NCBI GenBank assembly: GCA_949358305.1
Contig: OX442314.1
Coordinates: 16,678,001 to 16,742,000 of the forward strand
Source: Strigamia acuminata
Lineage: Eukaryota
Length of the DNA stretch: 64,000 nucleotides
Direction: 5' to 3'
The notes beneath the pieces were generated by a model. That model was not told where the DNA came from, ran no database searches, and saw only the letters and a program-made list of their open reading frames with translations. Made by a program: the position numbers and the translations under genes. Positions 55,401 through 61,400 of the stretch are shown here, piece by piece. The number at the start of each line of letters is the position of its first letter. The first letter of the stretch is position 1.

Positions 55401-58400
55401 TGATTTATTAATTCTTTGTTTTTAATAATTTAATTGATTTTTGATATTTAACCTAGTATTGTTTAACTTTTGTTTATTATTTTGACAAGGTTGTTAAATC
55501 TTTGCACCACGTGCATCCTTTTAGACAGAGTTATTAAGTCTTTGCGCAGACGCGCATCATTTTTTTTGTTGTTTAATTTATTTAATTTATTTTTTGAGAA
55601 TTTGTATAGTTTTTGCGCATAGCGCATTATTATTGTATGACTTTCCTTGTCTCTTATCCTTTTATTCTCTTCGATAAATCTCGAATAATAAAAGCCTAAG
55701 GGGGGAGGGATGTCACGGGCAGGTTACCCACCCTTCTTTTTTATTCATTTCTAACTTAGACTGACCCAATCTTAAGTTTTCTTATTTTTTCCCAATCTTT
55801 CTTTTCATCTAACATTGATGAATCATCTCTAAATATATGCGCAGCCTCATTGCGCGCATCTTATTATTTCCAACAATTAACCTTATTTTATACCTTCCAC
55901 CCCCTCACCCACTCCAATCGACCTGGTCACATGACTCATGTTTACCTGGTCGCTACTTTTATCCATAATCCACACTTCTCATACCTCTTTCAACGAGTTA
56001 ACACCTCTTAGATTGAATTGAGTTTGTCAATCTTTATTTTGCGCTTTAACACGCGCCCCTTCTAATTTAACACTTAATAGCGCCTCTTTTTGCCCACCTT
56101 TTATCCCTTCGCATGCCTGTGACATCCTATGCCCACCCGCATACGAATATCACTGCGCATACTCATTCTTTTTAAACGTAAAGACCCACAACGTGAGATT
56201 GAGCCCGTCGAATATAAATAATGTGTGTTACAGCGAGTTAGGTTTATTCACCGTCCGATATCCGCATATGACGATGGCACAAACAGAGTGAATCTACGAA
56301 CTTTGCCCGCTGATTTGCGCTAACATCACCTTGCGCGTAAATTCAGATCAAATCAATTAAACATCTAAGTTGATTCGTAACAGTTTTTTCTATTGTTTGA
56401 TCAGGCCAGTGTGTTACCAGTAATAACCCACTTTATAGTGCCAATTAACATTCCAATAAAAAAACTGGATCAATATCAAAATAAAAACAAATTTATTTAT
56501 GCAAAAATGAAGTTACTTTATTACATATTTACAAAATAAATAAGAAAAATTAAAAAAGGTTAGTTCTAGAAGCTCTGGTTTCCTGGAAATACAAAATCAT
56601 GTTATTAGAGAACGAGAGAGTATATGTAATTTCGACCTTATTCATGATAATTTTCCATGAGAATCTCGAATGGAAAATTATCATGAATAAGGTCGAAATT
56701 ACATATACTGAAATGACTAGGGTCGAAATGACTAAGGTCGAAATCCTATTTCGATCTTATTCATGAATAAGGTCGAAATGACTAAGGTCGAAATGCTGTT
56801 TTGATCTTATTCATGAATAAGGTCGAAATTACATATACAGAAATGACTAGGGTCGAAATGACTAAGGTCGAAATCCCGTTTCGACCTTATTCAAATTACA
56901 TGATTGTTTAGTTTGTTAAATTTATCGGTTGCTTTCTCCAGCTGGTTTTCAAATGTAAGATTGATTGTTATGTCTGGACACAAAATTGAACGTTTGGAGC
57001 AGAGGGAAGTGGCGCAAATTCGACGTGTGTCGAGTGTGGAAGCGCAATTCGGGCGCCGTGTCGCCGACACGGACGTAATAGCGACGTTGTCGCGAACGAG
57101 ACGAGTGCGCGCGGCCAAATACCGCTTATGTGCGCCCAAAAAGCACAGAAGGTGCTCTAAATTAAAGTGAAATACTCTAAAAACATAAACATTTAATGGA
57201 AATAATAAATATCTTACAAATAGAGTCCTTTTCTAATGTTGAAAAGCAATGAGAGCACATATTCATGTGCGCGTCCATCTTGGATGGAAAAAACAACATA
57301 AGCAACGACACCTTGTGTCGGAATTATGCATTACATAAAACATGTGATAACATAAAAATATAGCTAGGGAATGCATGATGCTTCATGCTTAAATGCATAA
57401 AGCAAACATAATACCAAAGTAAATAAACATGTGAATTAATACATCGAGATAATTAAATTAAACAATAAAAATGTGATTCTATATCACATCGACATAAAAC
57501 ATTTGGGTTTCTCAAAACCAACAAAAATGGCTTCCCGTAACTCAAGCGTTTGTATTTTGGCCTACTTTTATGTAGCCCTACACCAGTGAATAGGCGGCCA
57601 ATAGGAACTGGTGTTAGTGGTGTGTCTCTTAAGGTGGGTCAGAGTATACCTGGTAACTAGATGCTAAATTCAAACTGCGCATCATACTGAATGTTTAAAC
57701 GACAAATGAAAAATGCGATGTTAAATTATTCGCTGCTGGTCATGTTCACTCATTATTAAAACATCAAAGTGATACGCATTTGAAATTAGAAAAGTTTTAT
57801 TCAAACAGTTAACATTTTTGATTTTTTTTTCCATTTCCTTAATTCATTTTATTAATAAAGTTGTTGATTTTCTGTGTTTTATGCGTAGTTCACATTTGAA
57901 CCACTTTTGTAGAAGTTGCTACTTTTAGAAACTTTAATTTGTAGAAGCTAAGAAGTTGATGTTCACATTAGTGGGGAATGTTTTGTCATTTTTTTAAAAA
58001 AAGAAAGCTTGTTTCATTCTCCATCTTTTGATGTATTTTATAATTTTTTCATGCCATTAAAAGTACTTTATTTTAATGCCTAAAGTAGCCTTTAAAGTTG
58101 GATTGGCATCCATCTTTTATTTGGAATTTACCCAAGATCAGTCACGTGACAGAATGGAGACGGGTCACGTCAGCTTAAAAGTTGTAGAAGCTTCACCATT
58201 TTGTCCTGAGTTGTAGAAAACTAGAACAAGTGTGAACACAAGAGTTTCTAAAAGTTAGGTAGTTATGTAGGGTTACCCTCAAGTGTGAACACAACATTAA
58301 ACTTAGTCGTATTAAAGTCTTGTAGATTAAGCCTAATACTGAAAGACCAACAAGGAATTTGTCAGAATGAAATGCGCAGTTGAATTTAGTTTCAAGATAT

Positions 58401-61400
58401 ACTTAGATACCAGTCACAAACTGAAGAATGCACTTCTATTTTCATAGATAAAATGCAATCATTAGATAAATTAAACAAAGATTCCAATTAACTTGACGAG
58501 GGCACTATTGATCGACATCTCTATTTGATTAAACATTGTCCCAAGTAATACAATGAACGATTAAACATCGCATCTAGATAGATGCAATGTTTAATATCGT
58601 ATCTACGTAGATGCAATGTTAAATCGATCATCCATGCTACTGAGTGGACATATGAAGTACATGCATTTTATTTTTGTTTGCTTTGCACTCCAAAACTTAA
58701 AGTTGCTGAAAAATGAAAGATCATAAATAAAATATGAAACAAATCCAGAAGGATTTCCAGATTAGTTTTGTCGTAGAAATTCCTAACAAAATGACAGATT
58801 AAGACACCAAATCAGCAGTTGCGATTGCAAGTTTCTGATGAGTTTATTCCTTATACCCTGTCAGCACTACACAGGCTAGGCAGTATTTGAGCTAGCTAAT
58901 CTGTAATCTCAAGCTAGACTAGCCTAGCCTATGTTGCTGAGCCAGACCATTCGCACAATTAGCATATTTTAAGGCTTATCCTGACACTACTCAGCAATAA
59001 GTCCATACATTACCAGGAATAGTTAATGCAAACAAATTAAATTTTATTTTATTTATTTTTTTTATTTTATTTAATTTGGGAATCTCCAATTTAAAAAATC
59101 AAATAAAAAATTGTGCAAATTCACTTAAATTCAGAAGCAAAATTATTTTCAGAGTACCGTATATCCTTGGGTATAAGCCAAGAAATTTATTTGAAAATCT
59201 GGACCTCTGTTTGGAGATGTCGACTTACACACGCATATTAAAAAAAAAGAAAAAAAAGTGTAACATAAGTACTATGTTCGTACGTAGTAAGTTACATTTT
59301 GTATTCGTTACATTTTGTATATAAGACCAACCATCCAACAATCAAACCATCCAACGACAATCCAACAATCCGACAATACAATAATGCAAGAATGCAAGAA
59401 TCCAAGAATTCAACCAATCGTGAAAACTATCCAAGCGAAACAAAAGCGTTTTTCGTTTGAAGCGAGATTTAAATTACGTGTCGTGATATTTGCAGAAAAT
59501 AATAACTTTACAACTATCGTACTATACTCTGGCCGAGTACACAGATTAGAAGAATACATTAGGTGCGTTCAATCTGGGGTAGAAGAAGTGACTTTCACTT
59601 TCCTTCCTTTCCTCAAAGTCACTTTTCATTGAATGCACTTACTTTAGCACCAGACTTCATTTACTTAGCACCAGCCTTCGCATGCCACACGTGTGAATTT
59701 ACCGTGTGGCAAACGTCCGAATTTACCGTGTGGCACACGTCCGAATTTACCGTGTGGCACACGTCCGAATTTACCGTGTGCCACACATCCGAATTTACCG
59801 TGTGACTTTTAAAAGGTGGAAAAGAAACTTTTCAGTTACTTTCCTGAAAGTCACTTAAGTGACTTTACTTGGTCAAAATGTGACCTAATTTTCGTCACTT
59901 CCGCCCTCTGAAAGGCAGTTAAGTCAGTTAAGTGACTTTCTGCTAGCAGATTGAACGCACCTAGTGTATTCCTCTAATCTGTGGCCGAGTATAAGAGTGC
60001 GCTAATTTTTCATTGGTCCAGCCATTTCACTAGTGTAGTGATACCAAAAAATAGATTAAACCACTGGCTGACATTTTGAATACAGGCAAAACAACCAATA
60101 AAAAAATTCAAAAATTGCTTGCTTTACTGATAAAGCAACCAATAAGCTGAACCAACCAAACAAACATGTATTTTGACAGCATAAAACATTATTTTTTGAA
60201 TTGAATAAACATTTTATTATAAAAAAAATAATAAACTTACATTATTTCACTCATTATAATAATCTAGCAAATTAAAAACAACAAAACTACCTTTCCTGGT
60301 GGTAGTACACAGTCCACAGTCAGGAGTAATCAGGCTGGACCAATGAGAAATAGCGCACTCTTATACTCGGCCAGAGTATAAACTCAAAATTGCTAACTCG
60401 GCTTATACACGCATACACCATTTAAGCTATTAGAAAAATGGTGCCTTGAAATGGGGGGTTGGCTTATACCTGAGAATATACGGTATTTATTTATTATTCT
60501 CCACGTGGTTGACATGGTAGCTATGATGGTTTGCCCGGCAATGGCTATGCATTATGCTAGTAAATCTAGCTTATAACTAGCTTATCCAGTTTCCAAAACT
60601 ACATAATCATATTAAGTTTCAAAACTGATAAGCTACATTTATAAAACTAGTTTTAAAGAGTTAAGCTAGCTTAACTCTCTCGTGCGAACAGGGTATTTAC
60701 TAAACTGCCAATGCTAAAAAAATAGGATCTTGACAACTTTAATTAAAATTCAATTGCTCATCACTAAGTAGCAGTGCCTTCAATATCAAAACCTTAATTG
60801 CAAAAATTAATTGAACATTTAGCTTTCTTTTAAAGCTGACAAATGAATTTCTGTGTAACTTTTTTTGAACAGATAATGAGAAAGAAGAGTTCATACAGCA
60901 CGTGGGTAAAGAATTTTTCAAATCAGTCTCCCAAAAATTTACAAATGCCCTTCGATGTGTTGGTGAAACGCTTCAAGACTTCCTCACCAGCATGGACAAT
61001 CTGCACCAAGATTTATTGCCACATGGAGTGATTACGCCAGCGTTTCAAGTGCAAATCCTTAATTGTGGATTCGACAACAAATCCATTCTGCAATATCGAT
61101 ATTTTGGCAATCCCGAGCACATTTTCTTTTTCCGAGGTTTGATTGAGCAATTATCACTCGACATTTTTGGCACAAAAATCAGCGCAATCCGCGTTCAACC
61201 AAAGGATAATCCACACACGAAAGGAAACGTTTACGAATGCTTGAGAATATCTGGTCAAGAACCACGAGTGTGCAACAGTCGAAACCAATTGTCTCCACAC
61301 GTGAGAGATTCTTTAATCAGCAACCATTTAATGTGTCGGGCATTGCCTTGGCATTTTGTGTGCAACTCTGGCTTCTCCTTTGTCCAACTGGGTGCAGGAT

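Larger units (their letters stand above)
43187..56382 (+). mobile_element. Gypsy/Ty3 LTR retrotransposon, 13.2 kb
   Basis: 672-bp LTRs at 43187-43858 and 55711-56382, identical by eye. 4-bp TSD GTTT; PBS TGGCGAGCCTGACAGGA (tRNA-Arg-like); PPT AAGGGGGGAGGGA. Confidence 0.97.
42291..57646. mobile_element. Non-autonomous DNA transposon (52-bp TIRs, TA flanks) hosting the Gypsy insertion
   Basis: TACTCTGACCCACCTTAAGAGACACACCACTAACACCAGTTCCTATTGGCCG at 42291-42342, with its exact reverse complement at 57595-57646. Confidence 0.85.
59523..60380. mobile_element. MITE with TATACTCTGGCCGAGTATAAGAGTGCGCTA ends, nested in the pogo remnant
   Basis: The left TIR is split by a further insertion; the right TIR TAGCGCACTCTTATACTCGGCCAGAGTATA lies at 60351-60380. 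Confidence 0.75.
59156..60485 (+). mobile_element. pogo/Tigger-like DNA transposon remnant
   Basis: TACCGTATAT..GGTATAAGCCAA / TTGGCTTATACC..ATATACGGTA ends. Internal [20 protein letters not shown] resembles the N-terminal HTH of pogo-type transposases. Confidence 0.65.

Noticed and set aside
59684..59803. CRISPR-like 24-bp repeats
   Set aside because: Head-to-tail units with no unique spacers, inside a MITE, in a eukaryotic intron with no cas genes.
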